A stretch of DNA of 64,000 nucleotides from Hormiphora californensis (GCA_020137815.1 CM035359.1:5208001-5272000); one strand, 5' to 3'. Positions 40,273-52,638 are shown, counted from the stretch's first letter. A program made the numbers and translations. Notes: a model not told the origin generated them from the letters alone.

Positions 40273-41784
40273 GAGAGAGATAAATAGAGATAGAAAGATT
40301 GCAGGATAACAATTAACAATTAACGAGATATGCCGTTAATTATGGCAGTAGCCTAAAGGTGTTACCCCCGTGACACCACATGGGCCCGGGCATCCAAACT
40401 AATTTATTTAATTGGTTTTTGGACTAAATACCCAATAATAGTCTTTGTCAGAACCATTATAATTTGTAACTACTGCACTCTACAGATCTATGGAGCTCTT
40501 CCTCACACTATTTCCCTTGCAGCACCAAAACTATCGATAATCTACTCCATGTCTGTGCTCCTGTGTTACCTACCAATGACAGCCATGGCCTGTCTCATCA
40601 TCTCTGTGGTCGGAAATGTGGACAAGTTCTACGAATACTGGAGTGGATAAAAGTGGCTCAACTTGATGTATGTTTAAACTAGTTACTTATTTAGTTAACT
40701 AATTAATGGTGGGTTATTTATCAGCGTGATGAATGACAATTAGGGGTCAACGAATGGGTCATCCATTGGGGGAAGTTTTTTTACGGTGGGGATGATGTGT
40801 TCAAATTTCGAATCTTGCTGTTCGACAGAACCCGACAGACAAGAATAACTGCATTATGTTTCATAATGCTATGGAAATAAAAATTAGGCTTTTAAATTAC
40901 ATGTATGCGGTCCTCCTTCAATTATTGTAGACCCCGTTCTACCGAAGAAATCTCCAAGTTTTATCAAAATTTTCAAAGCTCCCTTTCCGCGGAAAGGATT
41001 TCGGTGCTAGGGTCGACCCCCCGGGCCCTGATTTGTAATAAGTCCTGATAATATATGAATGACAGTGACCGGTGCCTAGAAATTATGCGGGTCCAGTCTT
41101 GAATACCAGCTTGAATTAGGGGGAGGTCTGAATCATTTCGAGTTAAGCACCGGCTGTATTTGCACAATACACAAAATATTTTCTACAGCTTGCAGTACAA
41201 CTGTGATTGAAATTAAGAATTTTGGAAAATTTCCTACCAATTAGAAATTAAAGTGCCGTCTATTTTTTGACCTCATGGACCATGAGTCATGGTCCGTTAT
41301 GGTGAGTTCTATTTTATAACCAATACGATAACCATTCTCATTTCAGGCGTGGGCCTTTGTGATTTTCCCTGTTTTTGTGCCGATCATGAACGTGTTACTA
41401 AACTCCCTCTACAACTGCTACAAATTAATAAAGAATGGTAAGCAGAGAAACATTTGCCTTGTTCGACCCTCCCCGAACAAAACAAAGAAACATGTCTCAG
41501 TTTAGATTCTCAAGAGCTGTCTTTCAATATAGAAGACCTTGAGGTTCGTTCCAATGTTTTATAGACGAGAGGGAATAGCTCACTCCCAGCTCTATCAACA
41601 AACCAACATAGAAAACCATTCAGATTGCCCCCCCCCAAAAGTCAAAATAAATCTCCCGAATCTAAGCCCCAAACTCACAAGTTCTCCCACAGTTCAAGTG
41701 GCGGATCTGGAGGAAGGAAACTGTAGCCAAACGACATGTCAGCCACGAAGGAACAGCTCTGAGCTGGTCCTGATAGACGAATGA
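37710..41784 (+). CDS. Divergent class A (rhodopsin/LGR-like) 7TM GPCR; exons 37710-37888, 38084-38269, 38464-38584, 38684-38783, 40523-40667 (1-nt frameshift), 41347-41437, 41693-41784; possible first exon ~37282-37331
   Basis: Seven hydrophobic segments: TM3-start Cys (LFCNVVGPITHLS), TM4 IALAVIP, ECL2 Cys (YGMDGFC), TM6 LLCYLP, TM7 FVPIMNVLLNSLY. Phases are consistent except exon 40523-40667. N-terminus unresolved. Confidence 0.72.
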
Positions 41785-42364
41785 AGCGACTCCTAGATTC
41801 TTAAACCAACCTGAGAAAAGATGATGATTAAGATGATGATGATCAAGATAATGATAGATAGCAGATCAAGAAAGGAGTAAAATCTGAACTACCACAGACA
41901 ATATTTGAAGTTGTGATGTAAAATGAGCTTGCTTACAGATAGGAGAGAAAGAGAAAGACTCTTAGTTTGTAGGCTGTTGTTAATATTTGAGAGCATCATA
42001 TCGAACCATCAAGTGTGCAGTGTGATATCAGGGTCGGATTATCATACTGGGGGAAGAGACAAGGTTATAGTGGATTATATGGTTGGGTGATTTGAAGTTG
42101 AATATGTGTCACTACCAGTGAGGTTTACACATATCGAAAAGCCAGGTGATACCACACTTTCTTGTTGTTGTTACTCAACAAATGCTTTCCGGGATTCCCA
42201 GATCGGAGGGGCGAGATGCCAGTCAGCTATCAATGTTAGTAGTGTTTGTTGTGTGATTGCACCTGGTTAGAACATTGTGTTAGACGTTTCGTACCCGTTT
42301 CGTATTGAATATTCAACATTTTATATGAGGTGTCTGAAAAAATACTTGGGGCAACAGTCATATA

Positions 42365-43912
42365 CAAGGTGGCCCATAAATTATGATAGCGGGAGACGAG
42401 CCGTACCTCCGAAACGGTGATAGTTGTGCAAAAACAAACTACGGAAACATGCTGGAACAATTCCTGGACAGCTTTTTGCAAATTTTGAATTTTTTATTCA
42501 AAAGTTCATTTTTCATTCATGAACTTTCTACACGTTCATTAATGAATTAAGGACTCTAATTTACCGAGAGTGAGGCATTTTGTTTGGGTTGAATTTATCT
42601 TTCCAATGAGCACCATAAAAATCAAATTGAAGCACCAGGTCACATGGCAGTTGAGAAAATGCACATGCATGATTTTGGCTATTCCTGCGACTTTCAATCG
42701 GCTGTATCACGACTACCTTTTGTTCAATCATTTTAAAAATTTGGGTGAACATCGGATAACCAAAGATCTTTCCTCACAAGAAAAATCAAAGTCAAAACTC
42801 AAAGTTCATTTTTAAGTGTTGGTAGTTCATTCCACTCATTCAGGAACCAACATCCCTAAAGTGATGAAAAGTGATGGTTTTTGTTTGGCCCATACCCTGC
42901 AAAGATAGAGAGGTGTAAAAATACGTTTCCGGGCTAGTTAGTGGGTGTCCATGTGATCATGATGATATCTGACACCTTTTCCGAGCCATAATTATGGGAT
43001 TTTCTCAAATTCAAGCATGTGATTTGAGTTTTCTGTGATTGGTATTGTGCAGCAATGTTGAGAGATCTCATAGCACCTCAAAAATGATGATTAGTTCAAT
43101 GATTTATGATCGAAAAGATTAAAACAGACGTCAAAATGAACCAAATGATCCTTTTCGATCATAAATCAACTCCTTTCATTGAACTAATCATCATTTTTGA
43201 GGTGCTAGGAGATCTCTCAACATTGCTGCACGATACCAATCGCAAAAAATCAAATCACGTGCTTGAATTTGAGAAAATCCCTTAATTATGGCTCAGAAAA
43301 GGTGTCAGATGTCATCATGATCACATGGACACCCACTAACTAGCCCGGAAACGTATTTTTACACCTCTCTATCATTGCAGGGTATGGGCCAAACAAAAAC
43401 CATCAGTTTTCATCACTTTAGGGATGTTGGTTCCTGAATGAGTGGAATGAACTACCAACACTTAAAAATGAACTTTGAGTTTTGACTTTGATTTTTCTTG
43501 TGAGGAAAGATCTTTGGTTATCCGATGTTCACCCAAATTTTTAAAATGATTGAACAAAAGGTAGTCGTGATACAGCCGATTGAAAGTCGCAGGAATAGCC
43601 AAAATCATGCATGTGCATTTTCTCAACTGCCATGTGACCTGGTGCTTCAATTTGATTTTTATGGTGCTCACTGGAAAGATAAATTCAACCCAAACAAGAT
43701 GCCTCACTCTCGGTAAATTAGAGTCCTTAATTCATTAATGAACGTGTAGAAAGTTCATGAATGAAAAATGAACTTTTGAGTAAAAAATTCAAAATTTGCA
43801 AAAAGCTGTCCAGGAATTGTTCCAGCATGTTTCCGTAGTTTGTTTTTGCATAACTATCACCGTTTCGGAGGTACGGCTCGTCCCCCGCTATCATAATTTA
43901 TGGGCCACCTTG
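42365..43912. mobile_element. 1.55-kb foldback (near-complete palindrome) Tc1/mariner-type element, TA TSD
   Basis: TA|CAAGGTGGCCCATAAATTATG...CATAATTTATGGGCCACCTTG|TA, with ~750-bp arms carrying a few mismatches (mirror ORFs 42561/43525 and 42570/43462). Confidence 0.9.
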
Positions 43913-44001
43913 TAGTAGAGAGAGGGATAATGAGAGGGGGAGAATGAGAGGGAGAGAGAGAGAGGGTGAGAACGAGAGAGAAAAAGTGAGAGTGAGAGTG
44001 A

Positions 44002-44055
<54 letters not shown>

Positions 44056-44070
44056 GAGAACGAGAGAGAA

Positions 44071-44139
<69 letters not shown>

Positions 44140-44789
44140 TGACTGTCGCCCCCGTCTACTAATCCAAAGTACAACGGTTTAAACATTGGGAATAAAGATA
44201 ACATTACATGTTAACCACGGGATAACCACACGATAACCACACTCAACAAACTGAAAACTTGTTTGCACCAGCCTTCTTCAATTCACTTTGTGTGAAGAAG
44301 GTCAAGCACAAACTCTAGATAACTGAAAACTGCAACTGAGTGGAAACTGGTAAACTACTTCTCAAGAATAAGATAAAGAGATCAACTAACGATATAAATG
44401 GGGATCTAAATGTTTGCAATGTAAACTTTACATGCTGCTACTGATATTACACTGATATATATAACCAACTGCTAGAACTATACCACCTAGTTACATAAAA
44501 TAAATACTCTTAACACCATAACTGATCTTTCTTGTTGAGTAAAGTCTTCCCCCTTACTCAACAAGATCTTCCCAAATATACACATAAGATATTCTATCTA
44601 GGGACTCTGGGGAGACCAACACACTGTAATACGCGATAAGGTATGGGATATACTTTAAAAGCTACTAAAAATAAAGATCTTTTCGTACACAGACTTGTAA
44701 ATTTTGTCATAACTCAAAAACAACAATAGTGTTTGTCTCTCTCACTCTCACTCTCACTCTCGCTCTCACACTCTCTCTTCCTTCTTATG

Positions 44790-45566
44790 CTAAACATCAC
44801 CCAACTCAAAGTCTTCAGGTTCAATCTTTAAATCCCCATCAATCAGCCTATCAGTGGGCTCCATGATACTATGATTAGGGTCCATGATATTCGGGTCAAT
44901 ATACTCCATCATGTGTGTATTCTGGACACCAGTACCAGCCAGATCAGGGAAGGCAGCCAATAACTTGGACATGTAATCAATACTCTTCCTCGCTCTCTTC
45001 TTCCCCTTGCCCCTCTTTCCCTGGTCCCCTCCACTCCTCACTCCCAACTTCTTCATTTTCGTTCTGCACCTCTTGTTTTTCAGGTAATTCTTGATCTGGG
45101 TGAGGGTGAGTCCAGTCGCCTCCACCATACTAACGTGGTCCTCAGGCCGGAGGTAGTTGTATGTCAAGTAATAGGTGTCCAGGACTCGCCGCTTCTGTTC
45201 GTCAAAGAAGTTGCCAGGAGAGTATTTTGTGGCACGAAGGGATGGTGGTAGTTCGTGAAGTTTGTTCTGCCGGATCCGGTATCTAGGAGATAATGAGAGG
45301 GTTAGCAAAAAAGGTGGGGGTAGGAGAGGAGAATTAGAAAAGAGGAAAAGGGCACTGCACCGAATTCCGATCTAAGTGCACTGTCGCGTGCTCAGATTAC
45401 GAATATCAAAATGGGGTCTGATTCAGGCCAGTGATGTACCTTTGAGTGGGTGTCAGTGTGTCCAGACCCTTCTCTTGTTTGGCTCGTTCGTACAGAGAAT
45501 TATACCACATATCTTGTAGGGGTGTATGGTCCGTGGGCTGAAAGGGGAGAGAGAGAGTTAGGGGCA

Positions 45567-45646
<80 letters not shown>

Positions 45647-45836
45647 TTAGGGTATTATGGCCACATAAAATAACATTGTGTCACACTACTCCCACGTGAC
45701 TTTTGGACCCCGCCCCCACACAATACCTGGAAAATAGCAAGTTTCAGGTGACGCTGGAGCTCATCCCAATCCTTGGCAATGTAAAGTTGGCGTGCGGCGT
45801 GGAAGGCCTCGCAGGCACTAACGTGATCGATAATAC
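44790..45836 (-). CDS. Divergent SIX (SINE-class) homeobox module; exons 45836-45727, 45537-45440, 45282-44790; starts at a phase-1 acceptor, no start codon found
   Basis: Spliced product (G)IIDHVSACEAFHAARQLYIAKDWDELQRHLKLAIFQ|PTDHTPLQDMWYNSLYERAKQEKGLDTLTPTQR|YRIRQNKLHELPPSL...FFDEQKRRVLDTYY...EATGLTLTQIKNYLKNKRCR: the C-terminal part of a SIX domain plus a K50 homeodomain. Confidence 0.85.
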
Positions 45837-46055
45837 CTGAAGGCAGAGATTTAAGAAACCATGTCAGTATACCATGTCAGTATGCAATATATATGCATGT
45901 CCGTTTGTGAGTGTAGCATGGCAGTGAGTGTGTGGGTGTGAGTCAGTGATTCAGTGTGTGTGAGTCAGTGTGCCAGCTTGTGTGTCAGATTGTCAGAGTG
46001 TGTGTGTCAGAATGTCAGATTGTGTCAGAATGTCAGATTGTGTCAGATTGTCTGT

Positions 46056-46128
<73 letters not shown>

Positions 46129-47766
46129 GCAGCAAGTTGATGACGTCACAAAATTTCCCCAAGAATTGTAATAATAAAGGTACCCCATGCAGGGTTGATT
46201 TACTACAGGGAGCTGGGAGATATATGGGAAGTCCTACCCCAACTGGGATATATGTGGGAAGGATGTTATATGTCCTACCCCAATATTTAATTTACAAGCT
46301 ACGAAGATATGGGAAGGATATGGGAAGGATATGGGAATTTATCGCTGCCCCTTTGCTTCAATTAAAGGATCACTTCAATCAGGATTGATGAAGGATCGTT
46401 CAATCCTTGTTATTTTTCTTCCATGGAAAAGGGAGGGACCTTGAATATATTAATTATCAGAGCACAGATATGAGGGAGCTCGGAAGTTTCTAGCAGAATC
46501 CAGAAAAAATGATTTCGAGACAGGGTCGAACAAGGCAAGGATTTTTCTGTTTAAATTTGGTAACCAACTTGCTGCTTTGAAAACTTTTGTGATGACTCAT
46601 TGCATCAAAACCTATCATGTAAAGTGTTAAAAAAATTCATCTCACTGAGAAAACAGGGCGTTTCTGCTCATTAACAAGGACTATGTCTGGGATATGTCTT
46701 GAGAACTCTCGTACTTAACTAATTTTCGTTCGTTAGGGTGAAGCTTATCAATAGGTTTTGATGCGCTCTGATAAGTTTAAAACGTGACAAACAAATTTAA
46801 TAAAAACGTTTTAATTTTTAACGTAACAAAAAAGGTGTGAATATATGGATAAAATAATCTGTGGGCATGCTTTCTTGATGTAAAGTTATATATTGCTCTC
46901 TCATCAACCTCACTTAAAAAAGGGGGAATATAACGAAAATTTCTTCACTTCAAGAACTGAAAAAAAAAGAATATCACCGACACGAATATATAAGTAAATG
47001 AATAAGTATATAGAGCGGGGCAAACTAATCAATTAATTAACTTAATAACAGTGGTCAATGGTCATCCGACATATTCCGACGAGAAATGCGCCACGCATCA
47101 GAGAGATGCGCCACACTAAGCAAATGCTGTCACGCTTCAATTCTTCTCTCTCGTTAGTCTTTATGTCTCTCTCACTACGAATGCGCATCGTATTCCAGGT
47201 CGTAATTCAGGTCGAATTTCTCGTCGAGCTGTGACAATTATGTCGGATGACCACTCTATTCTCTAAGGGTTGCTTCATCGTGGATTGCTATGGGCCTCTT
47301 GATGAGATAACTTCTCCCCTCTTTCTAGTAGGAGTGCTTAGATCAGTTCCCGCCAAAAGTTGCGTGCCACCCCGTTTGCGAATTGTCATAGCTCCTTCAT
47401 TTCAACTCCAGTCAAAAAAATGATCTTCAAGTTTTCGAAAGATCTTGTCGAGATCTACAAAAAACTTGAGGGTCATTTTTTGATTCGATGCAAAGCAAAG
47501 GAGTGACAGTAGCCTAAATTTCGTGTGGCGAGCGACTTTTGCACATGCATGCTCTAAGCGCTCCTACTATTCAGCGTGGTCTTATTTGAGCCTTTTTGGC
47601 TAATTGTCTGTGTAATTTAAACATGACTATGATAAAATATTCTAAACTCTTAATAAACTTTTGCACGATATTTTTAGAAAATATTTTCGCTCCTCGCTCT
47701 CGATAATTCTAACACTTCTGTATTTTATTATTTTTACAAACATTCCAACACATAGTCCTGTAGATA

Positions 47767-47842
<76 letters not shown>

Positions 47843-47858
47843 CTCCTCTCTCTCTCAG

Positions 47859-48166
47859 CTACTCATTCATCTTATGAATTAGCCTCTCATGTGAAGCTCT
47901 ATTGGATTTAGTTCCAAAGAGTTTGCTACAATGGCGACACCTGAAAGGCTTTATCTTAAAATGAACCAGTCTCTGGTGCCGTTTTACGTCACGGACAGGT
48001 TTCCAACAGATGTTACACATGGCACTAGTGCAGTTAGGATTGGCAGGATACTGGGGATAATCAGTCTCTACAACTACTGGTGGTGAGAAAGCAGCCCCCG
48101 GTCTATTCTCAAACACAGTGCTCTGGAAGGAAGGCCGACCACGGGGTCTCCCAACACGAGCAGTAT
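47859..48166 (-). CDS. ZnF terminal exon Z1 (AT-hook GRPRGRP plus 2 C2H2 fingers)
   Basis: ttcccttctacag|AT ACT GCT..., phase 1; CNICWKPVRDVKRHQRLVHFKIKPFRCRHCSKLFGTKSNRASHERLIH, then stop. Confidence 0.88.
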
Positions 48167-48329
48167 CTGTAGAAGGGAATCACGATGTGTTTTGCAAAGT
48201 GAGAGATACACTAATTTGTGTCGAATGTCCGTTTTTATAGGCGGCTATAGAACTTTTAGTTTTGGAAGCAATTTAAATAATTCCAAGGACTGTTTGTCGA
48301 AGGGGAATTGTCTCTTTTACCTTCTCGAT

Positions 48330-48589
48330 TTATGATCTCTTGTGTATGGCTCTCTCGTGGGAAGCCCTATTGGAGTTAGTTCCGAAGAGTTTATTACAAT
48401 AATGACACTTGTAAGGCTTAATCTTATAATGAACCAAAATCTTGTGTCTCTTGACATTTAGGACAGATTTCCCACAAAGATCACACTTGCTACTGAGACT
48501 GTTAGCGTTTAATGGGTAATCAGGCTCTACGACTAGTTTGAAAGCTGCACCGTCCTCCATTGTAGAGGTCTGAAGAGTACTAACAACAT
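48330..48589 (-). CDS. ZnF terminal exon Z2 (2 C2H2)
   Basis: tgattttccag|AT GTT GTT..., phase 1; CDLCGKSVLNVKRHKILVHYKIKPYKCHYCNKLFGTNSNRASHERAIH. Confidence 0.88.
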
Positions 48590-48992
48590 CTGGAAAATCA
48601 TGGTGCTTTATTTGGAAGTGAGGGATAACTTTTTGTGTTACATGCAGATTTGAATCGATAACTAAGGCAGCAGATTACGGATCCCTAATTTATCTCCAGG
48701 ATTTTACTCCTCGATCCTGGAGTTGCGCTTTACAAAATTCAGTGAAATTGTGTACTTTCAAACAGACGAAACCCTCAAATCCCTCAGAAAAGCACATTAT
48801 ATATTCGTATTGCGCAAATCCAGGATTGAGGGGTAAAATCATGGGCTTCTTTTCAATCGGGGATCTGTAATCCCCCGTGTAAAACGTTTTCTTCTGGAAG
48901 TATTTTCGAATTCTGACTCGCTAAAAAACCGATTAGGAAAGCTCAAGCAAGGTGTCTTTTTACAGTCTCGAAATGTTCGTATAGTTCCCCTT

Positions 48993-49276
48993 TTAAGATG
49001 TTTTCTCGTGTATACTTCTCTCGTGAGATCTCCTGTTGTACGTAGTACCAAAGAACTTGTGACAGTAACGGCACTTGAATGGTTTTATCTTGAAATGCAC
49101 CAAGTTTTGGTGCCTCTTCACATCGAGGACGGGCTTCCAGCAGATATCGCAAACCTTCCCACTCTCCAGATCGCGGTGTGGAAGAACTGGTTCAGTGGTC
49201 AGTGATTGAGGTGTTGCCCGAGTTCGGCTGCTTTGCCGTGAACCACGCCGCCCTCCCCGTCGCCAGAGGTCGACCG
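48993..49276 (-). CDS. ZnF terminal exon Z3 (2 C2H2)
   Basis: catcccccctccag|CG GTC GAC..., phase 1; CDICWKPVLDVKRHQNLVHFKIKPFKCRYCHKFFGTTYNRRSHERSIH. Confidence 0.88.
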
Positions 49277-49466
49277 CTGGAGGGGGGATGAAAAGTAGGA
49301 GAGAGTTCAACTGTTGAAGTACCAGTGGAGGTGGTAAGTATGAGAGTTTCATGCAACATAAGTTATGCAGTTTTGAATGGTAAATTTTGGTAAAGCAGAA
49401 AGTAAATCAAGGACAAATATAGCGGCGCCAATAAAATCTCCCACTCTCCGGCCACTCTACTCAGTG

Positions 49467-49705
49467 TTAAAGCTGGATATTAGATCCAAGGGGGGACTCA
49501 ACACAAGCCCGCTGGTAATCTAGTTGACGTTTATGAATATTTTTCTCGTGACTGAGTTTGTTTCCGCTCGTCCCAAAAGTTTTCCCACAATACCGGCACT
49601 TGTACGCCTTTATTTTGTAGTGGACAGTGTTCTTGTGGCGTTGCAGCTGGTACCGGGAGATGGTTTTGAAGCAAATGTCACAAGTCGCAACAGGACCTAT
49701 ACCAC
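49467..49705 (-). CDS. ZnF terminal exon Z4 (2 C2H2)
   Basis: ttttgttctacgcag|GT GGT ATA..., phase 1; CDICFKTISRYQLQRHKNTVHYKIKAYKCRYCGKTFGTSGNKLSHEKNIH. Confidence 0.88.
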
Positions 49706-49726
49706 CTGCGTAGAACAAAATGTTAA

Positions 49727-50397
49727 AGTAAGAGTGGCGCGCCGTGTTTTCTCACAAAACTTGGTGGATGAACGGGGAGTACCACCAGGACCATTGGTAC
49801 GGTATCGAAAATTTCCAATTCTGTCTCGTTCATTAGTTATGACGTAATATGTTCATTATTTCAACTTTCATAAAATTGCTCTACAGAAAAATCTGTTCAT
49901 TGTGGATTGAAATGGATGCTTGCATCGTGTTCAGCGTCAAAAAATAGCCGGGGTACCAAATTTTGGTGTCTCTACCTTGTCTGTGACGCGAGATATTGAC
50001 AAATATCAAAAACGACAAAAGTGAGAGAAAGAGACATTGTTACAAGTGGGTGGCGCGCACAAACAACTAGCACCCAAAGATAACAAACTCTCTTTCTCCC
50101 ATTTTTGGTCGTTTTTGATAATTGTCGATATCTCGCGTCACAGACAAGGTAGAGACACCAAAATTTGGTACCCCGGCTATTTTTTGACGCTGAACACGAT
50201 GCAAGCATCCATTTCAATCCACAATGAACAGATTTTTCTGTAGAGCAATTTTATGAAAGTTGAAATAATGAACATATTACGTCATAACTAATGAACGAGA
50301 CAGAATTGGAAATTTTCGATACCGTACCAATGGTCCTGGTGGTACTCCCCGTTCATCCACCAAGTTTTGTGAGAAAACACGGCGCGCCACTCTTACT
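49727..50397. mobile_element. Kolobok-like foldback MITE (TTAA TSD, AG..CT ends, ~290-bp perfect TIRs)
   Basis: TTAA|AGTAAGAGTGGCGCGCCG...CGGCGCGCCACTCTTACT|TTAA; lies ~20 nt upstream of the Z4 acceptor. Confidence 0.85.
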
Positions 50398-50498
50398 TTA
50401 AAAGTATTCAACTGAGGAATTTTTGTACTGACTACTGTGATTTTTTGTGAAAAATTCGTCGGCTTAAGGTTTCTACAAGAAATTTAGCGAGCTTACTT

Positions 50499-50710
50499 TC
50501 ACGGCTCATCCTCTTTTGTGCCAATTTGGTGTTGGCCCCTCTCGTGCCTAACCCTATTATAACTTTCACCAAATGTCCGAGGACAAAAGCGACACCGGAA
50601 TTTCCTGAGTTTTAAGTGGACGGTCTGCTGGTGCCGGCGGAGGTTGTTGAACTCCCTGCAACATATGTCACAGTAACTCCCCGCCGTGGAACCTGCAACA
50701 GCCTTTCTTT
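50499..50710 (-). CDS. ZnF terminal exon Z5 (2 C2H2)
   Basis: tgtacctttcag|AA AGA AAG..., phase 1; CDICCREFNNLRRHQQTVHLKLRKFRCRFCPRTFGESYNRVRHERGQH. Confidence 0.88.
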
Positions 50711-50990
50711 CTGAAAGGTACAAATTATATTGAACATCATGTGGGGCCAGGACTGGGGACTTAGAATGAACGTCATAAGGTGGAGGTGATTACAGGATTG
50801 AGTGAGACCAAAGTGTGGCTGATACGTGAAAGTTGGTGATAATAATCTTGAAAAATGAAACAAAATACACTCTACAGATACTTTGATTGACAGTTTTACT
50901 CGTAGTAACCTAACTCAACTACAGCTTGTAAAAAAAGAATTATAGTCTATCTACTCGTAACAAATATAGTAAAGTTGCAGTATAGTTTAA

Positions 50991-51322
50991 CTACTCGTAA
51001 TACACGTAATAAAGTGGCATGGGTGAGACGGGTCTATAATTAAAGTCAGCCCAATTAATAAATCCAGTTAACATCTCACTCCATCTCCACGTCTCTTGAC
51101 AGTTAACATAGGGGACAAACGGGAACATGAGATCCGGGTGAGTGAGAGAGCCACGTGGTCGTAATACTTGGTAGTACCGGACATGCTTCTTCTTCGGTGG
51201 CTGCAGTGTGGTGGCTGGTGGATGTGTGCTGGTGGAGGACTTGGTGGAGGACGACTTGATTGCGGTGGGAGTGAGTGTTTTGTTTGTTCGTTTCTTTCGC
51301 TTTGTCGCTACCATGACGTGTG
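50991..51322 (-). CDS. Orphan non-ZnF ORF in the array (basic NLS-like, Ser/Thr-rich, aromatic C-terminus); possible additional terminal exon
   Basis: 107-aa ORF MVATKRKKRTNK...; the upstream ctgttatag|CA CAC GTC ATG would be a phase-1 acceptor, but its pyrimidine tract is weak. Confidence 0.4.
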
Positions 51323-51769
51323 CTATAACAGTGTGTATACTGAGTGATTACTGTGGCCTGTGTAATACTGGGACTACAATCATGTTAGGAAGGTACGATA
51401 ATGAGTGTTATAATGTTACAATTTGACTTAATGCCTAACTCGACATTATATTTCAAAAAAAATCCAATAAGGCACGCTCCATAAGCGACTTAACAAAACT
51501 CGAACTCGATCAAGCTTGCTCTACTAAAGGCCATACATTTTTTGGCAAATTAATCAACAAGGCCATAAAAACATATAATATGTGAAGTCAGTTAGTCTGT
51601 TATATCGGTGATAATGAGTGCGTGTGTCGGATTTTCTGAAATTGTCGCCCCAAACGTCGAATTTTGTGGTACGCACACCACACCTTAAGATGTGATAGGC
51701 ACACACAAAACGAGTGCACGAGAAGGGGGGGGGGGTGGCAACTTCAAAAAATCCGACTAGTTTTGTGGT

Positions 51770-52023
51770 TTAGGGTCCTGTTCTGCGTGTTGCCTCATGA
51801 ATGATTTTCACTTTCTGTGTTCTCATCATCCTAACTTCCTCCGGGTTGTAATTGGGGTGAACTCTGTGGATGTGCTTCAGCCGGGTGGAGGGTGTGGCGA
51901 AAGATTCCTCACAATAAATGCACTTGTAAGCCCGGAGTTTTAGGTGGACAACGTTGATGTGACGCCAGACTTGGGATCGCCCGTAGGATGGGTTGAACTC
52001 TTTCCCACAGTACCTACAGGTCA
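51770..52023 (-). CDS. ZnF terminal exon Z6 (2 C2H2)
   Basis: catactttttcag|TG ACC TGT..., phase 1; CRYCGKEFNPSYGRSQVWRHINVVHLKLRAYKCIYCEESFATPSTRLKHIHRVH. No ATG before the fingers. Confidence 0.88.
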
Positions 52024-52638
52024 CTGAAAAAGTATGTTACCATGGTTACCACTGAAATGATCACCATTAAAGGACGCATTATGGCCGATCCCCTGGGTTG
52101 ATGTCTGATTCAAAATACTTGGTTTAAAGGTTGCACCTAAGTGTTTTCACGTCTTGTGTTGCTGTCTGCAGCCCTGAGTGGAAATGCCAACAACAGTGAA
52201 ATTACTGCATACGCTCGATGTCGTATTTCTAAGAGTTCAATGTTGTTAGCATAATTTCCAATCAGGGCTGAACAGGCAGCAAGATGCAGTGCGTGATTGC
52301 TACTATTACACCTTCCGAGAAAGGAGCATTATCAGGCTTCTCTCCAGGGGATCACCCATAATCCGCTCTCTACGACGAATAGTCACGAATGGTATAGTGT
52401 TTAGACGAAGAACAAAACTCTGATATAAATTTGTAATGATGGAAATTTTCTTCCGTCCAATTAAATCCCGCGTATATATATGTATATATTAGCTGCTTTC
52501 AAATCCCACACACTGATATAGAGTATTCACTACACACACGCACACACGCACACACACATTAGGATATAACACCCTTACTTTTCTCTCTTCCTCTCTCTTC
52601 CTCTCTCTCTCAATGTCCGGTTACCATGGTTACCACGG

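Noticed and set aside
42561-43716. Mirror-image ORF pairs as genes
   Set aside because: Products of the palindromic transposon arms; no transposase motifs.
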